DNA of 64,000 nucleotides from Paragordius varius (Eukaryota; Animalia; Nematomorpha): assembly GCA_964247055.1 (NCBI GenBank), contig OZ176054.1, forward strand, positions 4,526,001 to 4,590,000, given 5' to 3'. The first letter of the stretch is position 1. Every line of letters begins with the position of its first letter. The notes under the pieces were generated by a model, which was not told the DNA's origin, did not search any database, and was given only the letters and a program-made list of their open reading frames with translations. Made by a program: the position numbers and the translations under genes. Below are positions 26,401 to 39,736 of this stretch, in pieces.

Positions 26401-29400
26401 GTTCGTGTTAGGGATTAATTACGCTATAAGCAGATTTGGAAGAGATGACATGCCCTGGGCGCATGTATGTTTCCTTGAGCCTGTTGGTCTTGGAGAAGCA
26501 GATTTTTTTGACCTAAGGATGAAAATGAGTAAATGCTAATTGGAGAATTGTAAATGGGAAAAGCCACCTTTAGAAACTAACTGCTGGTAGAATGGTCAAT
26601 TCGTTGGGACCAGTTTATGGCGGTCTGTAATTTTAAAGACTTTGTTAGGAGCCAATCAGAATTAGACAATCTAAATGCATTTATAATTCTATTAACAAGT
26701 TTTACAGTATATTTGTCCCCTACCCAAATGTGTAAAAGCGTAGGCAAACATTAAAGGATGTCCCGGGCAGTCATTTTCTGGATACCTTGATATTTATTTT
26801 TTTATAGTTAATTTTTTATATATATTAAATAGTTTTCTAAATATTTTGATTGCCTATGTTAATTATTATTAAGTTCTAAAAATGCTAAAGAAGGGATATA
26901 TCCTATATATTACAAGGGGGATTTTATAATATATATTTATTTTATATGTGTATAAAGTAATTATTTGGATTAAAAATTTTTTTATTGTTAAAATAGGATT
27001 AATTTTAAGTTAAAAATGCTATGGTTTTTTTCAAAATTTAAAAATTAATAAATAAATCTGTTGAGGGATAATGTTTTTATAGTTTTTAATATTCCTTCTT
27101 TTAACTATGAACACCAATAAATTATATAATTTGTATGGAAAACGGGAATAAAATTTTATTACTAATAATTTAATTACCAATCAATTCTAATTTTAATATA
27201 TGCACATGGAAAAAGATTGAATCATTTAGACAGGCCTATTAATTGCTTTTATAGGATTGTACATTTTAATGATTGATATTAATAAATTTATCATCAGTAA
27301 ATAAGTTGGATTTCTAACATTTTTTACCACTTTCACGCATTCTCGTTATTATTAAGGCTCTAGATCAGGGGAGTTTAACAAAATGGCTTCGCGGGCCGCA
27401 TTTGTAACATACATGAGCATTAATAAATATTTTAACAGATCTCAGACATAAAACTGGTAAAAGCAAACACAATATAGAATTATCCTTTAGTTCTTTGTCA
27501 ATTGGATAGACTTATTCTGAAAATTTGTTTAAAGTTATTAATTTTACTAAGATTTTGTTAGCACATTTTTGAACATTATGAATTTTCATATTTTCTGCCG
27601 CATGTTGGTCACCCCTACTGTAGATCATTCCAATATAGAGGACATAGAGTTTGTACTCTTTATCTAGAATTTTAGATAAATTATTTTGTAAAATTTTGGG
27701 TTTTGGCTTTAAGTCAATATGTTTTTAAACGGTTTTCGATAATTCTATTGATAGGAACATTATTTCCGTATTCTCTACAAAAATTGCTTAAACAAAATTG
27801 TTTTATGATAGTGATTGCAGAGTAAATAAAAATTTTGTGTTAAATGAATTAACTGTGATAACGAAAAACTATGAGTGAAAATCATACTATAAAATGCCTT
27901 GTGACTGTTTAATGAAAGTAATTTTGGTTTTTTATAATTTTATGTTTATGGTGATATAGATGCCTTTTGAAAAAGTATCCAACAGATTTGCCTGCTACCA
28001 CCGTGATAATTGTATTTCACAACGAAGCCTGGACCACATTGCTTCGTACCATAATTAGTGTGGTTAATAGATCTCCCCCTAATCTTTTACAAGGATTCGT
28101 ACTCGTTGATGATGCCAGTGATAGAGGTATATTTTATTTATATATGTACTTGTGAACTGTAGTAATTAAAAGGGAGATTAGGGACTTGATTGATTTATGG
28201 TTTTTTCCCTCCGATTTTAAACGTTATATACTATCACTAGCGTAAATCTCGTGCTGCCACGCAGCCCGAGGAAATCCTTCGGACTTCTGGGGGGCTATTT
28301 AAAAAATGGAACAATAAAATGATCCACATATGTGGATTATTTTTAAACATTATTTAATTGCTATGATCATATGGGAATTTTAAAACGGTGCATTCATACT
28401 AATATGTTGTTTACTTGGGCGAAAAATAGATTCAAAAAATTATTTTTGTGGACTTTGTTTTTTGGAAAAAATGGCATTTTACGGGGGGAGCGGGTAAAAA
28501 GAGGGCCTAAATTAAAAAAGCGAGCCGACTATGTTCGGTGCAATCAAAAATAAGTAAATAAAAATCATAATTGAAATTAAATGGTCCAATACGTGCTCCG
28601 GAAAATTTTCTGAAAGACACGATTTTTGTGGACTTCTGTTTTCAAAATAAACCCGTTTTTTACACGGGGTGGGCCCGAACTGGGGGCCTAATTCAAAAAA
28701 AGGAGAAGCTATTGTCGGGACATTCGTTAATGATTATATTTTTTCGATATTTGGATTTGAATGGGTTTACCGGTTTTCCGGAAACAGATCACAAAGCCAG
28801 CATTTTCCATTTTTATTAATATATAGATTGCTAAAGATATTTTATATATATAACAAACTCAAATTTTTGAAAAGTTTTATTAATATCGTAAATTTCAAAT
28901 ATTTTTTTGATATTAATGTTTTGTTTTGTACTTTATTAGATTTATTATGAAGAATGCGGTTTTTATTTAAAAAATAAAAAAATTATTTAATCAAAAATTT
29001 TGATGTAGTAGAACTAAAAACTACGTATATCCTTCTAGTTAGAATCAATATTTCACACCTTTTTAATTAAATTAACCTTGTTTTATTTTGAATTTATGTC
29101 GAATTGAGGAAGTATAGCATATTTATTGTTTTCTCACACAATTATTAAAAAAGTAGGGAAAAATGTTTAATCTATTGATATTTTAAAAAAATTCTGATTA
29201 CTGTTTTTAAAATTAAAATTCTGGCGTATATATGTCATGATCACAGTTGTTTCAGATGGCTGTATTCCAAAATTCCAGTTTAATTTTACAAATATGCAAT
29301 TAATTTTAATTTATCAAAATATTGGCCTAGATATTTTGTCCGAGTACAACTCATTTTCAGTTTTAAATTGGTAACATTTTAATTACGCATTTTAAAAGCT

Positions 29401-32400
29401 TTTTTACTCTAGTCATGACAAAAGTTGGGTTGTAACAAAAAGTTATATGTGACATAAAATTTTATGAAAAATACCTGAGTAGACATGACTCGAAAAATAG
29501 CATTGAATAAATATAAAAAACCAATTATATAACGCGACAAACAATTATTATTAAGATAAAATTAATATTAAGATAAAATTAAATACAATTTAATTATCTT
29601 AGCTGTTTTATTTGTAAAAATTTTTATTGAATAAAATATTTGGATATGTTACCGAGTAATATATATTTTTTCCTGTTAAAATAGATATTATTTTTTTATT
29701 AAAGGGCAAGATATTGTATTGTGAACTCAAAACCACGGAGCACTTTAAGAGATTTCATTATAAAACATATATTTTAGAAATAGTTAAAAGACCCCTCGAT
29801 GACTACCTAGATACCTTAAGAGCTAAAGGCATATACATACATGTTGAACGTTTACCCACCAGATCTGGCCTAATTAAGGCTCGTCTTATAGGGGCTGATA
29901 TAGCGAAAGGGCCTGTTCTCACTTTCCTTGATGCACATTGTGAAGTTACTGAGGGATGGTTAGAACCGCTTCTTTACGAAATTTATTTGAACAAGTATAT
30001 TTATTAATTTTTTAGTAAAGACTTTATGCTTATTTATTAAATTTTGAAAATATAAATTTTGTCTGGAATTTTTCACTCCTTATAAAGTATAAAAAATGAT
30101 GAATTATTAATATATATCTGATATTTTGCGTGGCAAAATTGATTTATAAACCAAAAATTTTATATCAAAGAAGTCTCTTATTATTTAAATGGATTGAAAG
30201 GAACATAGACGCAATGTTGTAATTTTGTATTTAATATTAGCAAAAAATGCAAATTAATTACTAACTTGCTTGCATACTAATCACATTAATCATATAACGA
30301 TAAAAATTTGTAGCCAAATTGTGTGCCTACTATTATTTTAGAATATTATATTATATATTTCTTAAATTCATAATATTATTCTAAACATTTCAAGTTTTTT
30401 AGCATAATACAGAAAAATAAATTTTAGGATTAATTTATAAGTTTGATTGTTTCCATCACATAAGCCAAAATTCACCCAAATATAAAAATCATTAATATTG
30501 CACCCACATACATTATAATTTTTTTCCCAATTAACTTAAAAGACAATCAAGTATTAATTTGTGGTATCTTATTAAGATTTTAATCAATTATTCATCTTTA
30601 AGAACAAGCGTGGTTGCTCCAATCATTGATGTGATTAGCGATGAAACGTTTGAATATGTAGCCGCGTCTGACATGACTTGGGGTGGTTTTAATTGGCACC
30701 TGAACTTCCGATGGTACAATGCACCTCAGCGTGAACTCGATCGACGCAATGGGGATAGAACTTTGCCACTCAGGTACGTACGTATTGTCAAGTTGTCTTA
30801 AAATATGGATATATATATATATATATATATATATAATCATTTTTCATTTTAATATCCATACTGACGCGATTTTTAGTTTAAAATGATATACGATTCATAA
30901 GCATACTTTAAAGTTTTATTTGATTTATGGGGTGGTTTCTTGTGCACAATAAGTCGATTTTTTATTGTTTTCTTGGAAAAATTATTTAAATTATTTACCG
31001 AAGGAAAAAGCTTTGGTTAAACTGACTATAGACTTTAGAATAGGGGTGATTAGCACACGAACTTCTGAGATATTTTTTGCGGCCCGCGAAATAGAAAATT
31101 ACCAAATAAATAAAAAGTCATAATTCGTAAAAATATTGCTTTTTACAAAATAAATCTTATTAAAATTGATATTTCTCAAACAATTTAAATAAGTCTCAAA
31201 TTTAGATAATTAACAAGTAAAAATTGGTTAAATAAGTATTTGGTCATACATTTTAATTTTGTTTATATTATCTATATTTAGCCAGGAACGGGTATGCATT
31301 TTATATATTAAATCGATAGTATTTAATATTTTGCTTTTCTTTGGTTTAATAAATTATTATAATTCTATTCTGGTTAATATATACTATATTTGTCTCAGGT
31401 TGACTTTCCATAAAATCATTGCCGAAAAATCGATAATTATATTTTTGATTTAAATTTAATACCTTATTATATTTTAGATCACCTACGATGGCTGGTGGAC
31501 TCTTTTCCATCGACAAAAATTATTTCAATTACATTGGACGGTATGATGAAGGAATGGAAGTTTGGGGTGGTGAAAACCTTGAAATGTCTTTTAGAGTAAT
31601 AATTATTTTAAATGGCGCATAATACCTCCATTAAATATCGCGAAAAGCCGAATTAATTAGTTGTCATCTATATATGTAGATGAAAGATCATTATATCAAT
31701 TATAATTGAGAAATATTAATTTTTTTACTTAATGTTTGTCATAAGGTTTTTAATTGATCACATAAAAATGCGAATGCTATTAAATTTAAAAATCAAATAT
31801 AGGTTACCATTAGTTAAATTGAATCAATCAAAATTGTTTTATACTTTGTGATAATATTTGTAGATAATCATAAGTTCTGGTTTATAACCAAAAAATTTAT
31901 TTATAACAAATTGTTAACCTTAAATCGTTAATAATTTTATAAATATCATTTATAAATTTGGCATCGCTTTAAAAAATAGTAAAAATTTTAAAATAAGACA
32001 TAACTAGAACGCCTTCATTTTTTTTATATTGTTTTTAAAAGGTGTGGATGTGTGGTGGTACCTTACTTTTGGTGACATGTTCAAGAGTTGGACATGTTTT
32101 CAGGAAAACGAGTCCTTACACTTTCCCTGGCGGCGTTAATCAAGTCATCAATAAAAATCAAAAACGAACGGCCGAAGTTTGGTTGGATGAATGGCTTAGC
32201 TTTTATTACAAAGTTAATCCGAGTAAGGATTATATAGTTTTTCATCTCTTTTTAAATGAAAAGTTAAAATTTGAGGACTAATGTTTATATATTTCTTGCA
32301 AGGCAATTTTATCTATTGTTAAATTGCTATTTATACAGTGCTTTATGGATTCATTAATTCTATTTAATATAGTTTCGGCAAATAAAATTTAATTATAAAA

Positions 32401-34393
32401 TAATCTCATCCATTATAGATTGTCTCATGTATCAACATTGTATTTCATTATCATTTGCAGGCAAAAATAAATTTTACATCAATACTTAGATGGATTAAAA
32501 GTCGATGCCGGCGATTTGACTGCACGAAAAAAATTTCGCCAAGATCTTAAATGCAAATCATTTAAATGGTATTTAGACAACGTTTATCCAGAATCTCAAA
32601 TGCCCAGACAATTTATATATTTGGGAGAGGTTATAAACAAAACTTTATTTTTTCATATTACATTAGTCATTTAAATGTGGATAATGAATGATTAATTGAA
32701 AATAGTTTCGAACATGATTTAATAAAGTTTAAAATTTACGGCAATGATTATTATTGGTGTGGTTAGATCTATTTAGTATTTTTTTTTAAAAAATCATATA
32801 TTTAGATTTTACACAACTTTTTGATAAAGAAATGATCTTGTGGATCGTTTTTTTCTGTAAAAACATAGTTTTGCGTCTTTTATATTTAATTTTAGAATCA
32901 AAAAAATAAATATATGTCCCTTTTATGCGCCTTTAGATACGACACGAAACATCTCATATGTGCATAGACACTATGGGTCGCAAACCTATTGAACCATTAG
33001 GTTTATTTGGCTGTCATCAGCAAGGAGGCAATCAGGTTTTAATTGGGACTTATATAAAAAAATTATTTGATCACACATATTGATTTCTCATATATGTTAT
33101 TAGGTAGTTTATTTTTAAAAATTTGGCAGTATTAAAACGATACAGCCCTTTTTATGGCAAAATGTCTGGCCTTTATAAATGAATTGGTAACCATCATTAA
33201 ACTTTAATTATATCCTTAGGGATGCTAAATTTATAAAAACCATTATAAATGATTATATTTGTAGGCTGAAATATAAAAAAGTTATTTTAAACTCATAACT
33301 CTATAGCGTAGAGATCAGCTTATTTTTAAATTTTAGTCTTAGAACAATGGTTACTATATATTATTATGACAAAAATCGATATGCATTAATTTTTGAATAC
33401 ACTCAGATATTTATGTACAATGCCGACAAAACAATTACAAACGATGATTCGTGCATGCAACCTGATGCCCAAGATACATATGCTACTTTAGCTTCGTGTG
33501 ATAACAAAGATTCTCATCAACTCTGGAATTATTACAAAGATGTAAACTTATAAAATTTGCAATACTGTTTTGATAATTGGATTTTTTATTTAAATTTTGA
33601 GTACCAAAAAATTAAATATCGGCAAATTTTTTTGGCATAAAATCAAAAAAAACATTATTTGAAAAAAAATCTCCGAGCATTTTGGCTAATTAATTTTAGA
33701 ATATACCCTATTGATATGTTTAAGCTGCATCACAATCACATATAAATTTGATTTTAAATATTTTTTTAACATTTTTGTTATTTACCGATCTTATTTTTAG
33801 ATTTACAGGATCGTGAAATATTAAATTAAATGAACATTATTATTGAACTCCAATTGAAATTAATTCTCAATCATTAAATATTCATAATTATAATATTGGG
33901 TATCATATTGAACTATAGGTCAGTGGTACTCACCAAAATCAGAGCCAAAAAAATCTCCTGTCTTAAGGGCATAATACAGATGTTTAATACATTTCCAAAT
34001 ATTTATACTTAAAATTACAACTTAATGGCCATGAAAAAGCATTATTAAGGCCTCATGCGGCTTGTGGGTTGCGGTTTGAGTATCGCTGCTATAAGTGATA
34101 ATCTGTGTAGGTCTGAACCCCAGATTGTGCACACCCATATTATTGTCAGTCATGGGCCGCTTTATACGGTCCTTAAATATAATATCAAGCCCATACCTCT
34201 ATATAAAAAAAGAAAAAAAAATGACCTTAAACATTATATTATTTTTATAAATTAGACAAAATTATTGCAAAACCTTGGAAACAAGCTATGCCTTTCCATG
34301 CCATCCATCAAAAATTATGATAAAATTCCTCTTGTTCATTGCTCACCCAAATCCGTGCTACAAAAATGGGACTTTTCCAATCTCTCTTTATAA
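23478..34393 (+). CDS. GALNT1: Polypeptide N-acetylgalactosaminyltransferase, GALNT1/13-like (GT27 catalytic domain plus ricin-B lectin), 11 exons
   Basis: Exons: 23478-23748, 23772-23925, 27960-28126, 29778-29994, 30603-30773, 31478-31595, 32042-32222, 32490-32629, 32937-33035, 33407-33541, 34256-34393. Phases are consistent. Motifs: TM segment [59 protein letters not shown] (DxH), [22 protein letters not shown], and three QxW-type lectin repeats. An alternative in-frame ATG lies at 23442. Exact orthology within the family is not established. Confidence 0.95.
25100..25770 (-). mobile_element. Decayed non-LTR retrotransposon RT fragment (RTE-like) in GALNT intron 2
   Basis: The minus strand gives [10 protein letters not shown] (RT catalytic YADD, ~25725-25750), [13 protein letters not shown] (~25565-25605) and [13 protein letters not shown], with stops and frameshifts. 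Boundaries are approximate. Confidence 0.75.
26090..26620 (+). mobile_element. Second decayed fragment of the same LINE family, in the opposite orientation
   Basis: The plus strand gives GGELEV..SFRYLG, VLGINY and W.HV. Shared DNA blocks with the reverse complement of 25100-25650 include CTTTCGCTACCTGGGG, ATGGCTTGTCGG, AGCGCACACC and GTGTTAGGGAT. Confidence 0.65.
27366..27617. mobile_element. hAT (Buster-type) MITE, 252 bp
   Basis: Left end CAGGGGAGTTTAAC with a GCGGGCCGCA subterminal motif. Right end GTTGGTCACCCCTA. TSD CTCTAGAT / CTGTAGAT (7/8) with central TA. Confidence 0.7.
28237..28827 (-). mobile_element. Non-autonomous Helitron (591 bp) in GALNT intron 3
   Basis: On the minus strand it begins A|TCTATATATTAATAAAAATGG and ends with a GC-rich hairpin (GCTGC-GTG-GCAGC) shortly before CTAG|T. 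No TIR or TSD. Colinear with 53417-53988. Confidence 0.85.
33921..34088. mobile_element. 168-bp hAT MITE, deletion derivative of the family at 45984-48293
   Basis: TIRs CAGTGGTACTCA and TGAGTATCGCTG. TSD CTATAGGT / CTATAAGT (7/8) with central TA. Both ends match the 2.3-kb element. Confidence 0.85.
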
Positions 34394-35628
34394 CTTACTT
34401 ACCTACTTATTTGGTCGCTAACTACAAACGATATATGGGCTTTTATATTTAGGTTGTACTGATTGTATATATATATATATAAATATAAGCATTAGTTTAC
34501 TTTACTATGTGTATATCCCAGTGTGTAACTGCAAATTTTTACATAGAAAATAAATCGTTATTATGGGTTTATGGATACATTTATAATCACAACAACATTA
34601 CAGCAAGTCTATTTAGAAAAAGTTTCCCTTTACTGACAAACTAATGATTTTAATATATTTTTTAAATATACGCGCTTTATCCATTGGCTCATTATCCAAT
34701 TTTTAGATATTTAGACAAAATCATAATATTCAACCGCATGTTCCTTCTCAACTAGAATATTATTTATATATCTGAAATGTCATAGTATCATGAGCAAATT
34801 AGTTAAATATCATTATGAGGTGAAGCATTAGAAAAAAGTCGGGGTGGGGGCTCTTTCGCAGTTTATAATCATTTACAAGAATTAAACATTAATATATAAC
34901 ATTTTAAATACGGACATATTAGGTTAGTAAGGGTTTATTTTCATAATTTGATTTTTTATATTGACCCTAGATGGGGATATAAGTAAAATTTTAGGGTGCT
35001 ACTTTTTATTTTTAGTAAAATTCATGAACGCTAAACAAGTTTTTTTATTAGATCCACCAGCTGTTTACTTAAATTTTTGGCAACCCCTTGGATATCATCA
35101 AGGCTCTATGCCATCTTCCTATTTTAGAAAGTTTTTTATAAAACTCGGATTATTCTTTAAAACAATATATGCTGATAACATAACATCAACTAACAAATAA
35201 TTATATATATATATATATATAATAATAAGTATAAGTTATAAAACTCAAAGACTTACATCAAGACAAACAAAAGCCTTAATTCCGATATCTATGTTGAAAA
35301 AACGAAGATTGTTTTATAGTCTTGATATTTGATAAATCTTTCTAGTGGGTGACAAACAAAGACGAAACCAATATTATTGGCGCGAAGACTTTTACTCTAA
35401 GCACAGAGTTAACCTACGATAATTGTTTCGGATTATATGTTGGAAAAAAAGTCACTTAATAATAAATTCTCTTAAAAAATTATTTTCAATTGCACGGACA
35501 TAAATTAAAACATTTTTCGTCAGCTAAATTGAATTTTCTATATTACTCTGATACCAGTATTTTAACTCAGAAATTTAAAAAATAAGTAGAATTTTATTAT
35601 AAACATTTGATTATGTAAAGTGTTGCTA

Positions 35629-37200
35629 TTATTTGTTGTTATTGGCCATCCACATAGCACTATTTTGCTTCATCATTGCCCTTGAGGGAGCGAATCCCAT
35701 CAATTTTTGTATATTCTAATTGAATAAAAATGCATATACAAGATATTCACACAATAAATAAATCGATAATTCCTGGTTAGGTATGAGTTTTTATAATATT
35801 ATAGCTTAGTTTTTAACAAGAAATATTAAATAGTTCCCGATTGGGGTGATTGACCGTGCGCGATAGCCTTGTATAATTATAAAAATTAAAAGGTCCACTA
35901 TAAATAATCTGTATCTTTACAGCTAATTAATTTACTTGTTTTAAAGTGGTTTGCTATTTGCAATTAATAAAAATATTACATTAAATACGTAAATTTTATT
36001 ACATATTTATAACTCAGAAGAAGGACCTGAAAAATATTAAATCTAAAACATCATATGTATATTTTAACGTTATTTATGTATAATTCGTGCGGCGATTGTT
36101 TCTCATAAATTTTTTGAATTGATGCTAAAGCTTAAAACTTATAAAAAAAATTCTTATGAGTTATTTTTATTAAAATACAATTCTTATTTGTAACTTCGAG
36201 TTAAATTAAATTAGACAGTACCCAAATCTAATTGACCAAACAGCTATTTAATTAACATATATTAAGAAATTACAACCCCAATACAATCTGAACCATTTTC
36301 AAATCAATTGGTTTTATTTTGAACCATAATATATTTTTATTTGTCAGTTTAGCAATTTAAATAAAAAAAGGCGGTAAAACTTGGAATTTATTTATATTTC
36401 TTAAAATTTTTCAAAATGCGCTCAAAAGAGCAGAATGCATTTAAATTCGCCCCAGTATATATTTTAAATGATATTTTAATAATAACCCAAAAGTAATTAA
36501 GTGTATAATTATATTGTACTCAAAAAATAATTTTGAGTGTATATATATTAATAAAAATCAATTATCTAATGGCGAAATATTCCCAAATATTATTTTATAA
36601 AAATTTGGTTATATTACTTGTCGAATGGACATAGTGCATAAGATATATAGGAAAATAAAGGAACATTCGTAGTAATTGTCACCAGCCAAATTTCTATGAG
36701 ATAAACCTTTCAATAAATTAATTGGAATAAATGGAAGTATTGCAACAACCTTCCCATCAAATCTAAGTTTTAAATAATAAAATGATTTACATGGAGTTAA
36801 ATACGCTTAACAAAGCTGTAAAAACAATTCCAATTGCAAACATAGATTTCATTTTAACCTGAGCGATATAAAAATTATTTAATACCATAGTCAAATCACG
36901 ATTATTGATTTTAAGTTTTCCTTCTTGTTTTTCTAAACAATTAAATGCATAAAACCTATTTTCTTTCGAACACCTTTGTCCAAAACTTCTGGCATAACAT
37001 CCTTTTGTTTTTCGACTGTATAAAAATAATTATTTACGTTTGCGACTTTGCCTTTCCACCTCGGATTTTAGCCTTTTGAACTTTTCAGTTTTATATACAA
37101 AAAAGTAAGTTAACCCTAAATAATTAAATAATTAAATACATTCGCCCAAAAAAGCTGTAATCGTCGATATAAAAATAATAAGTAATGTTAATTTTATCAT
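35629..37200 (-). CDS. TMCO1: TMCO1 (ER multipass translocon component / calcium load-activated channel), 7 exons, 181 aa
   Basis: Exons on the minus strand: 37200-37140, 37115-37038, 37015-36956, 36932-36886, 36858-36791, 36762-36618, 35715-35629. Introns are 24, 22, 23, 27, 28 and 902 nt. The spliced peptide includes VYKTEKFKRLKSEVERQSRKLEK, NNRDLTMVKMKSMFAIG, FDGKVVAILPF, GLSHRNL, CSFIFLYILCTMSIRQNIQKLMGFAPSRA, colinear with human TMCO1. Confidence 0.96.
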
Positions 37201-37489
37201 ATGTCGATTATTGAATGCTCGGAAATTTAAAATATTAAATCCGCAATAGACAAAATGATCATTTTAAATAATTAAATTTCTCAGTCATATAAATTTTTTG
37301 AATTATCACGGATTTTATGTTAAATATTCAGTATAAATTTTAAAACGGAATTCCTTAAATAAAATTCATTTTAAATCAGAGATGCAAAGTGAAAAAATAG
37401 AAGTCTCCTTTGGGAGTAATTATTGAGAACATTTCTATATTATAATTCGCTTAAATATTGCATTAATAGATTGATTTCACGTATTTTTA

Positions 37490-37660
37490 CAGTATGCATT
37501 ATAATGGTTGCTCATTTCACACTATAGTTGGGCAATTTGCAACACAGTAGTGAATGGAAAAAAACAGCAAAATGTTAAATAAACATTTTTCTTTTTCCAT
37601 ACACTACTGAGTACCGAATTGCCCAGCAGTGTGAAATACAAACCATTAAAATGCAGTGAC
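37490..37660. mobile_element. Tc1/mariner-type hairpin MITE (~170 bp), copy 1
   Basis: Left end TA|CAGTATGCATT. Inverted arms of ~70 bp (TGCATT.TAATGGTT...TTTCACACT...GGGCAATT...CAGTAGTG.ATGGAAAAA). A second copy lies at 54604. Confidence 0.7.
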
Positions 37661-37720
37661 AGTAAGTAAAAACTTCTTTGTATGTTGTGGGCTAAAAAAC
37701 AAAAATTTACATACAATCTA

Positions 37721-38700
37721 TTCGGTGGTTTTCATCAGTATTAAGTTTTTACCGGTTGTTTTTTTGTAAAAAACACATGTAATTTGGAAAATCAATTAAC
37801 ACATTATGTTTATCTCTCATGTAATCTATGAATGCCGTGCCAGAAAAACTATGCCGAAAACCATTTGTCACATTTTCCAACATCTTTCAAATATTGAACT
37901 TCGCTGTCTTCTATCTATGGGCAGTTGTATTAGACACCGGGCGCCAGGTCAGAGAGTTCATTGGATGCGAATAAATTTCCCATCAAAGCGATTTCAGATG
38001 TCTTTCACTAGCTTCAATATGTGAGTAGAGTATTGTCATGTAGTAAAATAATTTTGCAATGTTTATGGCCGATTCCGTCGATTTTCGATTAATGCATGGA
38101 TTATATAAATTCTTTGTTGATGATAGCGTTGTGTGTTTACGGTTTCACCGGGTTTCAAAAATCGATAATATACAATATTTGCTGTCCCACCAGGCGAAAA
38201 TTTTTTGCCGAACCGGTATGGCTTTAGTATTGATTTTTAATGCATGGCTTATATTAATGTTGGCATAGCTTGGTGTATTAACGCACTAGGTTTTATAAAT
38301 AGTCGATATTATACAATATCGCTCTGTCCCACTAGACACAGAGCATGGTCTTCTTGCCAAAGCGATTTGGCATTGTTATTGATGGATCGGGCTGGCAAGG
38401 TAACGACTACGTTCCGCTTTCAATCAAAATAAACCATTTTTTACCACCCGTCTAAATCTATGCAAAAATATTTTCTGACGTTAAAGCAGGATAGCATAAA
38501 CCACCTTGCAATTTTCAAGTTGATGTTCGTTCAATTGTGTGGGACCCATTTACCGGGTTTGTTGGTCTTTCCCATTGCTCCTATACATATATTGATTTTT
38601 TTATGATACATTTAATGCTCTTAGCAATTGATTTTAGCTTGAGTTGGAGTCATAATCCAATAATTTTTACATTTGAATAGATTTTAGTCCTATTCAAAAT
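37721..38700 (-). mobile_element. Decayed mariner (Mos1-like) transposon, copy 1
   Basis: The minus strand gives GKWVP(H)..LNEHQLENCK and FWHGIHRLHER, with many stops and frameshifts. Colinear with 44770-45868. Ends are poorly defined. Confidence 0.75.
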
Positions 38701-39736
38701 ATCTTAATAAATCTGAAACTAAAAATTTACTGCCGAATATTTGAGTTGCTTTGAATAATTTAAATAGAATATTAAAATGGGTATTTAGCATTTTCTTTGC
38801 CTTTTATTTATTATTCTTGTTGACGAGTGTCATAGGATTTTAACAACCGCGTTTATATTAAATTTTATATTACCAACTTTAAAGGCTTCATTTGGAACAA
38901 AATAGTTTTTGATTCATGATATTATTATTATTATTATTATTACAACTAGGGTTTCTTTAGAATCTGTCATAACCCTATATTATATATTAAATTTTCATAA
39001 ATCTATTGTTTATTAAATAATCTATAGACTTATAAAATGGATCAATGCGTAGTTATGCTAGAATGTAATTTAACTGTTTTCAGATATTCGGTTGAAATTT
39101 TATTTTATTTTTATGAGACCATATAAACACGTTAAATATTTATTTTAATATACAATTTCATTCGACACATTAAATTAACTATTTTTTATGATCCTTTTAA
39201 AATTATTGAATTAATAATATTTCCTTTTTAGGCATCATACCTTTATAGCATTTTATATCGCTTCTAAACCTTAATTCCTTTTTACTAAAAATTTAGGTAA
39301 CACGTTGCAATGGTTAAAATCTAGGGGATGTAATTACAAAAATTACCAACCGTTTTCAGTAAACTAATTTATTTCTATCAAAATATATATATATGTTGAT
39401 TAAAATATCTAACTGAATTTCACGGTCTAACTTAAAAATATTTTTTTTAAAAAAACATTTGCTGTACGAAAACTTTTTAATTAACAGTTTTTTGATAGGC
39501 GGCATGGAAGCCTAGATATAAAATCACATAATTATGATTTATATTTATGATGTCAACATGAATAAAGCATACATAGGTAAATAAAGTATATATAACAGCT
39601 TCCCTTTATCATCAATTGTGTAAATTAAAAAAAACTAAAAATAAAAAATCGATAATATTACCAAAATAGACAAAATACTACAGCTATATTATTGTGGAAA
39701 TTAAATTTAGCATTTAATTTAATATTTTATTTTAAA

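Noticed and set aside
28371-28950. ORFs inside the Helitron copies (also 53383-53577), as possible captured gene fragments
   Set aside because: The frames are not maintained between the two copies and match no motif I know.
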